Source: an uncultured Thermotogae bacterium (GTDB taxonomy: Bacteria > Bipolaricaulota > Bipolaricaulia > UBA7950 > UBA9294). Taken from it: DNA of 64,000 bases. Location of the stretch: the NCBI GenBank assembly GCA_964466035.1, contig CAYXLR010000001.1:114130-178129 (forward strand), written 5' to 3'. Position numbers and translations under genes: made by a program. This document shows positions 1 through 9,204 of the stretch, one piece after another. Position 1 is the first letter of the stretch, and every line of letters begins with the position of its first letter. The notes under the pieces were generated by a model, which had not been told where the DNA came from, made no database searches, and saw only the letters and a program-made list of their open reading frames with translations.

Positions 1-1279
1 TGTAATCGAGCGCCCAGACGACCACGACGATCACGAAGATCACGGCCCCGACGTAGTTCCACGCCTCGGGGATCCTACCGACCTCGTTCTTGAAGTAGAA
101 CAGAAGCGTGCCGATCCCGCCGCCGCCGACGAGCGCGATGACCGTCGCCATCCGGATGTTGATGTCCCACCGGTACAGCGTGAACGCGAGGTAGGAGGGA
201 ATGATCTGGGGGATGACCCCGTACACGACGACCTGCCATCGACGGGCCCCGGTGGCGGCGATCGCCTCGAGCGGGCCGGGGTCGACGGCCTCGACCTGCT
301 CCGAGTAGAGCTTGCCGAGGGCGGCGATCGTGTGGAGGAAGAGGGCCAGCGCGCCGGCGAACGGGTTGCCGAAACCGACCCAGACGGCGAACAGAACCGC
401 CATCAGGATCGACTCGATCGAGCGGAGGACGTTGAACACGGTCCTCATGATCGAGTAGACGATCCAGCCGAGCGTGTTGAAGCCCATGATGTTCCGCGCC
501 CCGAGGAAGCTGATCGGGAACGCAACGATCGCACCGGAGACAGTAGCGAAGAAGGCCATGAAGATCGTCTCGAGCATGTAGTGAAGGATCGAGAAGGTCC
601 TGCCGGGGATGACGTTCTCCGTCAGGTAGGAGAAGTTCGGTGTGAAGAGGTCCCTCCAAATGTGCCCCGACTTCTCGATCCGTTCGACCAGCATCTGCAG
701 GTTGATCGCGGTGATCTTCCAGCCGAGCCAGAACGTCAGGCCGAGCAGTCCGGCGAGGAACAACCCGCGATAGGTCGTGTACCACTTCCTCGGCTTCTCG
801 GCCGGGAGCTCGTCCTTGACCTTGGCAATCCGGACCATCCGCCCGGTTCTTTCGGTGTCGTGGACGAGCGTTCCCAACGGTCGATCGGTGAACAGCACGA
901 GCGGCTGGAGAACGAGGCCGACGTGGATCGCGGCGAACCGCGCGAGCCGCTGTCGGAACGGCACCGGAGCGTATCCGGGTCCGTACAGCCGCAGACCGAA
1001 CAGGCCGAGCCCGATCGACTGGGCGAACGCGTGGGAAAGCACCGCCAGCTCGAACGTCGCAACGATCACGAGAGGCCAGCCCCAGCCTGGGAGCGTCAGG
1101 CGCCCGTAGAAGTTGACGTAGCGGACGTACCAGTACTTGTTCAGGAGGTACATCACGCCGTAGGCGACGAACCCCCACGACGCCCAATCGAGCAGGAAGG
1201 CGGCGAGGCGCGGACGAAGCGCTGCCAGGCGATCCGACAGCGGACGCCTAGCGAACTTCGACTTCTTCGGCCTCTTCAC
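1..1279 (-). CDS. phnE: Phosphonate ABC transporter permease PhnE with an N-terminal RDD-like membrane domain; C-terminal end runs off the window
   Basis: Absent from the ORF track (no stop inside the window); found by hand-translating the minus strand. GTG at 1279-1277 with AAGGAG 7 nt upstream. Reads VKRPKKSKFARRPLSDRLAALRPRLAAFLLDWASWGF (RDD-type start), then FMAFFATVSGAIVAFPISFLGARN...GPLEAIAATGARRWQVVVYGVIPQIIPSYLAFTLYRWDINIRMATVIALVGGGGIG (PhnE permease core). Lies directly downstream of phnD-phnC. Confidence 0.8.
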   Translation of the reverse strand, partial: MKRPKKSKFARRPLSDRLAALRPRLAAFLLDWASWGFVAYGVMYLLNKYWYVRYVNFYGRLTLPGWGWPLVIVATFELAVLSHAFAQSIGLGLFGLRLYGPGYAPVPFRQRLARFAAIHVGLVLQPLVLFTDRPLGTLVHDTERTGRMVRIAKVKDELPAEKPRKWYTTYRGLFLAGLLGLTFWLGWKITAINLQMLVERIEKSGHIWRDLFTPNFSYLTENVIPGRTFSILHYMLETIFMAFFATVSGAIVAFPISFLGARNIMGFNTLGWIVYSIMRTVFNVLRSIESILMAVLFAVWVGFGNPFAGALALFLHTIAALGKLYSEQVEAVDPGPLEAIAATGARRWQVVVYGVIPQIIPSYLAFTLYRWDINIRMATVIALVGGGGIGTLLFYFKNEVGRIPEAWNYVGAVIFVIVVVVWALDY

Positions 1280-2018
1280 CGTAGATCTCCTTGAACTTCG
1301 CCGCGTCGATCTCGGCCGGGAGCCCCTCGAACACGATCTCGCCGTCCTTCAGCGCGAGGATCCGCGTCCCGTACCGTCGGGCGAGCGAGAGGAAGTGGAG
1401 GCTGGCGATCACGGTGACCCCGTCCTCTTTGTTCATCAGCTCGAGGTACTGCATGATCGAGTGCGACGTCGCCGGGTCGAGCGCCGAGACCGGCTCGTCG
1501 GCCATCAGCAGGTCCGGCTTCTGCATCAGCGCGCGCGCGATCCCGACGCGTTGCTGCTGCCCTCCGGAGAGCTCGTCGGCCCGCTTGTACGCCTGCTCCG
1601 GGATCCCGACGCGCTCGAGGCACGCGATCGCGTCGTCGATGTCTTCTTTGGTGAACCTGTGGACCGCCGAGGCGGCCGGGTTCATGTACCCGAGACGGCC
1701 GGAGACGGTGTTCGTCAGGACGGACGACCGCTTCACCAGGTTGAACTGCTGGAAGATCATCGCCATCCGGCGGCGCAGGTGACGGAGCTGCCGCGCCGGC
1801 GCCTGGGTGACGTCGACCCCGTCATACAGGATCGTCCCCGCCGTCGGCTCGATCAGCCGGTTGATGCAGCGAAGGAGGGTCGACTTCCCCGACCCAGAAA
1901 GCCCCAGAAGAACGAGGAACTCGCCGCGCTTCACGGTGAAGCTGATGTCGTTCAAGGCGAGGACTTCGCCGCGCTCGTAGACCTTCGTCAGGTGCTCGAC
2001 GCGGATCAGTTCGTCCAT
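1248..2018 (-). CDS. phnC: Phosphonate ABC transporter ATP-binding protein
   Basis: Walker A GLSGSGKST, signature LSGGQQQRV, Walker B LLMADEP; PhnC-like over its full length. ATG 2018 with AGGAGC upstream. Its 3' end overlaps the phnE start by 32 nt. Confidence 0.9.
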   Translation of the reverse strand: MDELIRVEHLTKVYERGEVLALNDISFTVKRGEFLVLLGLSGSGKSTLLRCINRLIEPTAGTILYDGVDVTQAPARQLRHLRRRMAMIFQQFNLVKRSSVLTNTVSGRLGYMNPAASAVHRFTKEDIDDAIACLERVGIPEQAYKRADELSGGQQQRVGIARALMQKPDLLMADEPVSALDPATSHSIMQYLELMNKEDGVTVIASLHFLSLARRYGTRILALKDGEIVFEGLPAEIDAAKFKEIYGEEAEEVEVR

Positions 2019-2035
2019 GGCGGGTCGCTCCTAGG

Positions 2036-2070
2036 TATAGAAACGCGGGAGGGAGAGATCCCTCCCGCGT
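2036..2070 (-). terminator. Intercistronic GC hairpin plus U-tract between phnD and phnC (attenuator/mRNA stabiliser)
   Basis: Perfect 10-bp stem CGCGGGAGGG / CCCTCCCGCG (2044-2053 / 2061-2070). On the minus strand it is followed by UUUCUA. Located between the binding-protein gene and the ATPase gene. Confidence 0.5.
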
Positions 2071-2098
2071 TGGATTCGATCCAGCGCTGCTGGCCCGC

Positions 2099-3103
2099 CT
2101 AGTCGCGATCCGGGATCGGAAGGCCGAGAATCTCGCGGTATCCGTCGTAGAAGGAGTCGTCGATGTCGGCGACGTCCGTCCACTCGTAGAAGTTCGGATC
2201 GCCCCACAGCGCGGCGCCCTCTTCGGTCGAGATGTGCTGCTTGACCGCCCAGACGATCAGGTCGGCGGTCTCTTCGTCGAAGTCCGGACCGAACGCCATG
2301 CAGTCGTTCGGGATCGGGCCGATGTTGTAGACGACGGCGATCTCGCGCAGGACCGTGTCGAAGTCGTACGTGTCACGGACGGCGCGGCGCAGGTCGAGAC
2401 AGGTCCCGCGGAACTCCGGACGGAACAGGTCGTTGTTCCAACGGTCCCAGAGCCACAGCTCCGGGTCGTCGCCGAAGTCCCACTTCAGGTCGCAGCCGGC
2501 GGGCGCGGCAGGCGCCGAGCCGTAGCCGGTGCAGAAGTCGCCCTGGCCCTCGATCAGCGCGACCATCGAGTTGGTGTGACCGCCGGAAGTGACGACGCCG
2601 GCGAGATCGATCCCTTCCCGCTCGAAGATCATGTTCGGGAAGACGTAGCCGGACGTCGAACCGGTGTCGTTGTAGATCCAGACCTTCCCGTTGAGGTCGT
2701 CGAGCGTCTCGATTCCGCTGTCGCGGCGGGCGTAGAGGCTCGCGTAGTACCAGGCGTAGCCGTAGCGCACCGAGCCGAGGCGCGGGGAGACGTCTCCGCC
2801 GGTCCGCTCGTAGATCCGGATGTACTGGTCGGTCGTCGGGAGGCCGAACGTGTCCCCCTCGGACGCCGCGAACGCCTCGATCATCGCCGTGTAGTCCGCC
2901 TGCAGGCTGGAGACGACGTAGATCCCGGTCAGATCGTAGATCGCCTCGGCGATCGCCTGACCGATCTCTTCCACGGTTGCACCTTCGGTCGACGGGACAA
3001 GAAGCATGTAAACCGGCTCGTCCGGGCTGTCCCCGGGCTTGCCGAAACCGATGACGCCGATGGCCAACACGGCCACCAGTGCCAGAGCCAGGACCTTACG
3101 CAT
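2099..3103 (-). CDS. phnD: Phosphonate/phosphite ABC transporter periplasmic binding protein
   Basis: ORF track gives 2099..3220. Trimmed to ATG 3103 (CAGGAGG upstream), which yields signal peptide MRKVLALALVAVLAIGVIGFG. The NDTGSTSGYVFP motif is typical of the PhnD family. Confidence 0.85.
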   Translation of the reverse strand: MRKVLALALVAVLAIGVIGFGKPGDSPDEPVYMLLVPSTEGATVEEIGQAIAEAIYDLTGIYVVSSLQADYTAMIEAFAASEGDTFGLPTTDQYIRIYERTGGDVSPRLGSVRYGYAWYYASLYARRDSGIETLDDLNGKVWIYNDTGSTSGYVFPNMIFEREGIDLAGVVTSGGHTNSMVALIEGQGDFCTGYGSAPAAPAGCDLKWDFGDDPELWLWDRWNNDLFRPEFRGTCLDLRRAVRDTYDFDTVLREIAVVYNIGPIPNDCMAFGPDFDEETADLIVWAVKQHISTEEGAALWGDPNFYEWTDVADIDDSFYDGYREILGLPIPDRD

Positions 3104-3191
3104 GGTGCACCTCCTGTGCGACATACACCTCCGGGATTGCGCGGCCGAGTCCGTCTCGACCGGCGCGCTCCGATGTGATCCCCATAACGGT

Positions 3192-3220
3192 ATCGTAGAC
3201 ACTCGTGATCTACGAGTCAA
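3192..3220 (-). promoter_or_regulatory. Putative sigma70-type promoter of the phn operon
   Basis: Minus strand TTGACT (3220-3215), 17-nt spacer, TACGAT (3197-3192), about 90 nt upstream of the phnD ATG. Confidence 0.4.
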
Positions 3221-3230
3221 CCAGAACCTG

Positions 3231-4124
3231 TCATTCTCGTTTGTACGGCACCCCGAGCGACTTCGGGAACCGGACGCGTCCGATCGCGCCGGACACGACC
3301 AACAGCGTGATGATGTAGGGGAGCATCGACACGAACTCGCCCGGGATCGGCTTGGACGGAAGGGTCTTCACCCACTCGGCGAGCGCTTGGAAGAACCCGA
3401 AGATGAACGCCCCGAGGAGGGCGAGGAGCGGATTCAGTCCGCTGAACACCACGCACGCGAGCGCGATGAACCCCCGCCCGGCGGAGAGGTCCTTGGTGAC
3501 CAGCCCTAGCCACGCGACGCTCATGTACGCCCCGCCGAGTCCGGCGAGGGCGCCGCCGAAAACCGCGGCGAGGAGCCGGATCCGGTTGATGTTGATCCCG
3601 GCGACGTCGGCCGCCTCGGGCGTCTCGCCGGCCGCCTTGAGCATCAGCCCGGCCCGCGTCCGCTGGAGGAACCAGTGGATGACGACCGGCGCGATCAGTG
3701 CGAGGAGGATCATCGGGCTCATCAGCCCCATCGGCGTCCGGAGCTTCGCCAGCTCGACGGCCTTCGGGACGTCGTGGAACCCCGGCGCTCCGAGTTGAAT
3801 CAGGCCGAACGCGACGAACCCGACCGCGAACAGGTTGATCCCGATGCCGGTGACCATCTGGGTCCCTCTCCAGTAGGTGTTGATCACCGCGAAGACGAGC
3901 GATACGGTGCCGCCGATTCCCATGCCGACCAACAGGCCGACGCCCGGTCCACCGAACTCGGCGGCGAGCGCGCCGCCGAACGCGCTGAGAAGGAGGATCC
4001 CCTCGAGGCCGATGTTGAACAGACCGGCCGTCTCGCCGACGATCTCGCCGGCGGCGGTCAGCGCAAGGGGAACCATCGCGTGCAACGAGATCCGCAACAG
4101 GCTGAGGATGTCGTTAAAGCTCAT
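3231..4124 (-). CDS. ABC transporter permease, BMP/nucleoside-type system (NupQ/YufQ-like)
   Basis: ORF track 3231..5249 has an Arg/Pro-rich false N-terminus. Trimmed to ATG 4124, which forms an ATGA overlap with the upstream permease stop. MSFNDILSLLRISLHAMVPLALTAAGEIVGETAGLFNIGLEG..., polytopic membrane protein. Confidence 0.85.
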   Translation of the reverse strand: MSFNDILSLLRISLHAMVPLALTAAGEIVGETAGLFNIGLEGILLLSAFGGALAAEFGGPGVGLLVGMGIGGTVSLVFAVINTYWRGTQMVTGIGINLFAVGFVAFGLIQLGAPGFHDVPKAVELAKLRTPMGLMSPMILLALIAPVVIHWFLQRTRAGLMLKAAGETPEAADVAGININRIRLLAAVFGGALAGLGGAYMSVAWLGLVTKDLSAGRGFIALACVVFSGLNPLLALLGAFIFGFFQALAEWVKTLPSKPIPGEFVSMLPYIITLLVVSGAIGRVRFPKSLGVPYKRE

Positions 4125-5281
4125 GCGGATTCCCTCTTCTCCGAACGTCGCGTCCATCGTTTCAGCGGCTCGATCAGCTCCTCCCCGCGCTTCTTGATCA
4201 TCGGGAAGAGCCGGATCAGTTCGGGGATCGACATCACAAGCACGATCGCTCCCATCACGACGCGGACCATCTCCAACGGAACCGGGTTCGACCCGTAGAA
4301 CTGCATCACGCGTCCTCCGGCGTTCAGTCCGCCGAAGAAGAGCGCCGCGACGAGGATCCCGATCGGGTGATTCCGCCCGACCATCGCCACGGCCATCCCG
4401 TCGAAACCGAGGTTCATCAGCTGCGGGAGGCCGCCTCCGCCGTAGATGGCGTAGGTCGGCGGCAGCCCCATCACGATCGTCGCCCCGGCGAGCCCGGCGG
4501 CGATCCCGCCGAGGACGAAGCTCAGGAACATCGTCCGCTTGTTGCGGATCCCCCCGTACCGCGCGGCGGTCGGGTTCAGCCCGGCAGCGCGGACCTCGTA
4601 GCCGATCGCGGTGTGCCAGAGGAGGAAGTAGACGACCAGCGCAAACGCGATCGAGACGAAGATCGCGTACGAGAGGTCGGTTCCCCGCACGAGAACCGGG
4701 AACCGCGCCGTCATCGGAATGCTCAACGTCTTCTCCGGTCTGAGGGGGTCGACGACCACGAAGATCGCCAGGTACAGCGCCAGCCACCGGGCGATCCAGT
4801 TGAACATGATCGTCGAGATGACCTCGTGAACCCCTCGCGTCAGCTTGAGGAACGCCGGGACGAGGCTCCAAACAGCGCCGGCGAACGCGGCGAAGATCAG
4901 GCCGGCGATCTGGTGGAGACCGGTCGGAAGGATGAAGTAGGCGACGAGGACGGAGGCGATTCCGCCGATGTACATCTGCCCCTCGGCGCCGATGTTGAAC
5001 ATCCCCGATCGGAGGCAGATGGAGAACGTCAGCGCGGTCAGGATCAACGGCGTCGCTCGCGCCAACGAACTGGCGATCTCGTACGAGCCGCCGAAGGCGC
5101 CCTTGATCAGGCCGGCGTACGCCTTCCACGGGTCGAACCCGTAGAGATACATCAGGATCGCCCCGACGAGGAGCCCGACGACCGCCGCGAGGAGCGATTC
5201 GAGCGCCGGATGGAGTCCGGTCAGCGTCCGGTGAGCCCCTCGGAGCCATCGGGATCGCACGGTCGATTCGTCGCCGCTCAT
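4121..5281 (-). CDS. ABC transporter permease, BMP/nucleoside-type system (NupP/YufP-like)
   Basis: 386-aa polytopic protein containing ...FNIGAEGQMYIGG.... ATGA overlap with the ATPase stop at 5278-5281. Confidence 0.85.
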   Translation of the reverse strand: MSGDESTVRSRWLRGAHRTLTGLHPALESLLAAVVGLLVGAILMYLYGFDPWKAYAGLIKGAFGGSYEIASSLARATPLILTALTFSICLRSGMFNIGAEGQMYIGGIASVLVAYFILPTGLHQIAGLIFAAFAGAVWSLVPAFLKLTRGVHEVISTIMFNWIARWLALYLAIFVVVDPLRPEKTLSIPMTARFPVLVRGTDLSYAIFVSIAFALVVYFLLWHTAIGYEVRAAGLNPTAARYGGIRNKRTMFLSFVLGGIAAGLAGATIVMGLPPTYAIYGGGGLPQLMNLGFDGMAVAMVGRNHPIGILVAALFFGGLNAGGRVMQFYGSNPVPLEMVRVVMGAIVLVMSIPELIRLFPMIKKRGEELIEPLKRWTRRSEKRESA

Positions 5282-6879
5282 TCGGCCTCCCTCTTCGCTT
5301 TCGTCGCGCCGCCCATCAGCATCCCGACCCGCTCGCGATCGAGCCGATCGGGGGAGCAGACCTCCATGAATCTCCCTTCGTACATGATCCCGACCCGGTC
5401 GGCATGGGCGAGGACCTCATCGAGGTCGGCCGAGACGAGAAGGATCGCTCGACCGGCGTCGCGCATCTCGAGGAGCGTCTGGCGGATGTAGTGCGCCGCC
5501 CCGATGTCCAGACCCCGCGTCGGCTGCGAGGCGACGATGATCGCCGGGTCCTTCGCCAGCTCGCGCCCGACGATCAGCTTTTGCTGATTCCCGCCGGACA
5601 GGCTCTTCGCCGGGGCGTTCGGGCCGGTCGCTTGGATGTCGAACCGGTCCATCAGCCGCCGGACGTGCTGGGTGATCTTCCCCCGGCGCAGGATCGACAG
5701 CGGCCCGCGGAACTCCTCCCAGCGGTGGACGCCGAGGATCGCGTTCTCGGCGAGGGTGAACGGGAGGACTAGTCCGAGCTCCCAACGGTCCTCCGGGATG
5801 TGCGCGACGCCGAGGCGGTAGATCTTCCGCGGGTCGACGCCGAGGATGTTCGTCCCGTGGATCGTCGCGGTTCCGGAGACCGGAACGCGCAGGCCGGTCA
5901 GCGACTCGACGAGCTCGGACTGGCCGTTGCCTTCCACGCCGGCGATCCCGAAGATCTCGCCGCCGTAGACGTCGAACGAAACCCCGTCGACGGCGATCTC
6001 CCCGGTGTTCCCCTTCACGACGAGGTTCTCGACGTGAAGGACCCCCTCGCCGGTCCGCTCGACCTCGTCCCGAGCCCACTTGTGCGGGATCTCCTCGGTG
6101 CTGAGCTCGACCGCGTCGGCCTCCTCCTCCAGCGCCTGGCCGACCATCAGGCGGGCCAGCTGCTCGGTCGACGCCTCGGCCGTCTTCACGTCCCCGACCA
6201 TCTCCCCGCGCCGGAGGACGACGACGCGGTCGGTGACCGATCCGACCTCCTTCAGCTTGTGGGTGATCAGGATGATTGACTTTCCCTCGTCCCTCAGGCG
6301 GCGGAGAAGCGCGAACAGCTCGTCGACCTCCAGAGGCGTGAGAACGGAGGTCGGCTCGTCGAGGATCAACAGGTCGACGTCTCTTGATAAGACCTTCAGA
6401 ATCTCGACGCGCTGCTGCTCGCCGACGGCGAGCTTCTCCACCGGCACGTCGAGCGGGACGTGAAGCCCGCTCTCCTCCATCAGCGCCTCGAGCTTCCGGA
6501 GGGTCTCGGCGATTCGGATTCGGGCGAGCGGTCGGTCGTGGCTGAGCGCGACGTTCTCCGCCGCGGTGAACGTGCCGACCAGCGCGAAATGCTGATGCAC
6601 CATCCCGATCCCGAAGTCGAGCGCCTCCCGCGGACTGGCGAATCGGACGGTGCCCTTCGGCGAAACGACCCGCCCCCGCGTCGGCGGAAGAAGACCGGAG
6701 AGGATCTTGGTCAGCGTCGTCTTCCCCGCCCCGTTCTCCCCGAGCAGGCCGACGATTTCGTGCGGGCGGATCTCGAGCGTCGCCTCCTTCAGCGCGACGG
6801 TTCCGTCGGAGTAGACCTTGGTGATCCGGTCGGCCTTCAGGAAGAATCCGTTCTTGCTCGGTACGAGCTGATCCGTCAT
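5278..6879 (-). CDS. ABC transporter ATP-binding protein with duplicated ATPase cassettes (BMP/nucleoside-type)
   Basis: Cassette 1: GENGAGKTT, LAVGEQQRVEILK, LILDEPT. Cassette 2: GVEGNGQSE, LSGGNQQK. ATG 6879 (MTDQLVPSKNG) preferred over the ORF-track start 6912; the start is uncertain. Confidence 0.85.
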   Translation of the reverse strand: MTDQLVPSKNGFFLKADRITKVYSDGTVALKEATLEIRPHEIVGLLGENGAGKTTLTKILSGLLPPTRGRVVSPKGTVRFASPREALDFGIGMVHQHFALVGTFTAAENVALSHDRPLARIRIAETLRKLEALMEESGLHVPLDVPVEKLAVGEQQRVEILKVLSRDVDLLILDEPTSVLTPLEVDELFALLRRLRDEGKSIILITHKLKEVGSVTDRVVVLRRGEMVGDVKTAEASTEQLARLMVGQALEEEADAVELSTEEIPHKWARDEVERTGEGVLHVENLVVKGNTGEIAVDGVSFDVYGGEIFGIAGVEGNGQSELVESLTGLRVPVSGTATIHGTNILGVDPRKIYRLGVAHIPEDRWELGLVLPFTLAENAILGVHRWEEFRGPLSILRRGKITQHVRRLMDRFDIQATGPNAPAKSLSGGNQQKLIVGRELAKDPAIIVASQPTRGLDIGAAHYIRQTLLEMRDAGRAILLVSADLDEVLAHADRVGIMYEGRFMEVCSPDRLDRERVGMLMGGATKAKREAE

Positions 6880-6917
6880 GAAGTGCCCCCAACCCAGTGC
6901 CGCCGGTCTCAAGTCAC

Positions 6918-6952
6918 GAGAAAGGGAGAGAGGAAGCGGCTCCTCTCTCCCC
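6918..6952 (-). terminator. Intercistronic hairpin plus U-tract after the binding-protein gene
   Basis: 11-bp stem GGGAGAGAGGA / TCCTCTCTCCC (6925-6935 / 6942-6952), followed on the minus strand by UUUCUC. Same layout as the hairpin after phnD. Confidence 0.45.
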
Positions 6953-6976
6953 TCGCTGACTACCTACGTCTCACAC

Positions 6977-8146
6977 CTACTGGAGCGGGTACTGCGCCCG
7001 AATGGCGTTGATCTCGTCGTCGGTGTTCGCGGTCGGAACGACGATCGATCCGTCGAGAATCCCGGCCTCCAGCTCGTCGACCGCGTCCCAGATCCACTGC
7101 GCGACCGTCTGACGGTTCGCGGTCCAGTTGGCGATGACGAAGTTGCGGGCCTCGGTGGTGTCCTCGATCTGGCCCGCGTCGACGCCGAACTCGATGAACT
7201 CGATCAGGTCGGCGCGCTTGCTGATCCCGACGCCACCTTCGGTCAATCCGAGGCTGATTACGCCACCGGTGAAGGTCCCCTCAACGACTGCCTCGACAGC
7301 CATGTAGGTTCCGACGTCGACCCGCTTCATCCCGCTGGCCAGGGCGTGCATTCCGTCGCCCAACCAGTCCTGGTTCGCGTCGACACCGAAGTAGTACGGA
7401 GGACCGTAGGTCGTCCCGGCGGCGTCGTGGGCATCCACGACGGCCTCGTGGTCACCGACGCCGAGCGGGCCGGCGACGTTGTAGATGCCGACCGCGCCCT
7501 GGGCGAGCATCGCTTCCGACGCCGCCTTGCCGAGGGCGATGTCGCTGAACGTGCCGGTGTAGTTGTAGAGCATCGCGACGCTGGCTTCACTTCCGGTCAG
7601 CTCGGCGTACTTGTCGAGCCCCCAATCCATCCCGAAACGGAACCCGGCTTCGAAGTGATACAGCACCGGGATCGGGATCCCGAGGACGACGCCGGCCGCG
7701 GCGTAGCCGTGATCGGCGGCCGCCATTCCGGCGAGACATCCGATCAGTGCCGACATCTCGTTCTCGCGGAACACGATGTTCATGATGTTCGGCCCGGTGA
7801 TGTAATCGACGTCGATGATCGCGAACTTCTGGTCCGGGAACTCGGCCGAGGCGGTTGCGAGCGCGTCGCCGAGGAGGAACCCGACGGCGATGATCAGGTC
7901 GAAGTTTTGGGTTCGGGAAAGGTTGCGCAGGTTCGGCAGGTAGTCCGCCGCCGTGGCGCTCTGCACCTCGACCATCTCCAGCTCGAACTCCTCGACCGCC
8001 CTGTCGACCCCAACGAATCCCATGTCGTTGAACGAGAGGTCACCCCGTCCGCCGACGTCCAGCACGATGGCGATCTTCCCCTGCGCCGAAGCGATGAGGG
8101 AAACGCCCAGAACCAGCACACATGCTAGCACGAACAGCCTTTTCAA
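6977..8146 (-). CDS. BMP-family ABC transporter substrate-binding protein (PnrA/Med/TmpC-like, probably purine nucleoside)
   Basis: GKIAIVLDVGGRGDLSFNDMGFVG... and overall BMP-family similarity. ORF track starts at GTG 8152, which abuts the SD. TTG 8146 sits 6 nt after AGGAGG and gives MKRLFVLACVLVLGVSLIASAQG. Confidence 0.85.
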   Translation of the reverse strand: MKRLFVLACVLVLGVSLIASAQGKIAIVLDVGGRGDLSFNDMGFVGVDRAVEEFELEMVEVQSATAADYLPNLRNLSRTQNFDLIIAVGFLLGDALATASAEFPDQKFAIIDVDYITGPNIMNIVFRENEMSALIGCLAGMAAADHGYAAAGVVLGIPIPVLYHFEAGFRFGMDWGLDKYAELTGSEASVAMLYNYTGTFSDIALGKAASEAMLAQGAVGIYNVAGPLGVGDHEAVVDAHDAAGTTYGPPYYFGVDANQDWLGDGMHALASGMKRVDVGTYMAVEAVVEGTFTGGVISLGLTEGGVGISKRADLIEFIEFGVDAGQIEDTTEARNFVIANWTANRQTVAQWIWDAVDELEAGILDGSIVVPTANTDDEINAIRAQYPLQ

Positions 8147-8396
8147 CGGCACCTCCTAGAAGCTTGGCACATCCCCACCGGCTACCCGGTGCCCGTAATG
8201 ACTGTCACATTCTATACAGATCTGCGGCGCATTACAATTCGGGGCCGGGATCTTGAGAATCGGTGAAATAGCTGTTCAAAACAGGATTTTCGCAAACCTA
8301 ACGCGATGCTGTCTGTATGTCTGACAACCAAACACCTCGGGCGAGATCGACGGACGTGAGAGACGCGGCCGACCCGTTTTCGGTATCCTTAACGGC

Positions 8397-9152
8397 ATGC
8401 GAAGCCTCGGGATCGGCCTGGCGTTTCTCGCTGTCTTGACAGCGGCCTCGCTCGTCGTCGCCGGATCGCCGGCGCACCTCGGCTCCCGGTTCGCCGACGC
8501 CTACACGGCGTTCTCGCCGCTCGTTGCGTTGTACGTGTCATACCGCGACTACTTGTTCGACGGAACGACGGTCGAGATCCCCGTAAATCTGGCGGCCTCG
8601 TGCGAGCGGTTTTCCTACGAGCTGGCCCTGTTCCACCTCGACTACGTCGTCCAGACCGAGTCCGCGTCCGCTGGAGGGCTCGCGTACCTCGCCCGCCTGC
8701 GAGCGGTGTCGACCTCGTTCTGCGACACCTACGACGCGTGGATCCGCTCGCTCGACGAATCGGTCGAGGTCGAGACCGACCTCCTGAACGCCGCGAGCGA
8801 TGACGGCCTCTTCGCCGAGATCAAGCGGACCAACGAGCTGCTGGAGGTCGTCCTCGACGAGATCCTCGTCGGCCTCGGCGAGGGGGTCGAACGGTGGACG
8901 TTCGCGGTGTCGTTCTCGATGCGTTCCCTTCTCAACCAGACGGAGTTCGAGCGGATCGACGATACGTATGTCCGGGAGATCCTCTACGCGGATCCGGAAG
9001 GAGTCGCACCGCCGTTCGCCGTTCCGGACGAGATCGCTCTCGCGATGGAGCGGCTGGTCGACCTGAGCGGACGCGATCTCTCCAAGGACGAAGCCGATGA
9101 CGCCGTCCGACTGGCCACGGCGATCTACGAGCACTTCGTCGGGGAACCGTAG
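8397..9152 (+). CDS. Hypothetical exported protein
   Basis: 251-aa ORF with an N-terminal signal-like segment MRSLGIGLAFLAVLTAASLVVAG. Acidic, helix-rich remainder; no family recognised. Confidence 0.6.
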   Translation: MRSLGIGLAFLAVLTAASLVVAGSPAHLGSRFADAYTAFSPLVALYVSYRDYLFDGTTVEIPVNLAASCERFSYELALFHLDYVVQTESASAGGLAYLARLRAVSTSFCDTYDAWIRSLDESVEVETDLLNAASDDGLFAEIKRTNELLEVVLDEILVGLGEGVERWTFAVSFSMRSLLNQTEFERIDDTYVREILYADPEGVAPPFAVPDEIALAMERLVDLSGRDLSKDEADDAVRLATAIYEHFVGEP

Positions 9153-9170
9153 TCGGTCCCGAAAGGGGGC

Positions 9171-9204
9171 GGGAAGGCGAACCTGTTGCCGTGTTCGCCT
9201 TCCC
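9171..9204 (+). terminator. Hairpin downstream of the 8397..9152 gene
   Basis: 12-bp stem GGGAAGGCGAAC / GTTCGCCTTCCC with a 10-nt loop, 19 nt after the stop codon. No clear T-tract. Confidence 0.4.

Noticed and set aside
75-1187. 370-aa minus-strand ORF (and the 320-aa plus-strand ORF at 332..1294) offered by the track
   Set aside because: Extremely Arg/Pro/Gly/Asp-rich with no motifs. They are alternative frames of the real PhnE gene, which reads cleanly in the third minus frame.
3228-3247. Pho-box-like CTGTCAT...TTTGTAC upstream of the phn promoter
   Set aside because: Only one half-site resembles the consensus. It overlaps the stop codon of the neighbouring gene and is not positioned at -35.
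3231-5249. N-terminal extensions that fuse real genes to upstream read-through. Also at 13083..15284, 24296..26656, 30933..33212, 32777..34117, 40877..44281 and 61688..63916
   Set aside because: The extensions overlap the preceding well-supported gene in another frame and are compositionally abnormal. Internal ATG/GTG starts with an SD and ATGA/GTGA coupling give proteins of canonical length.
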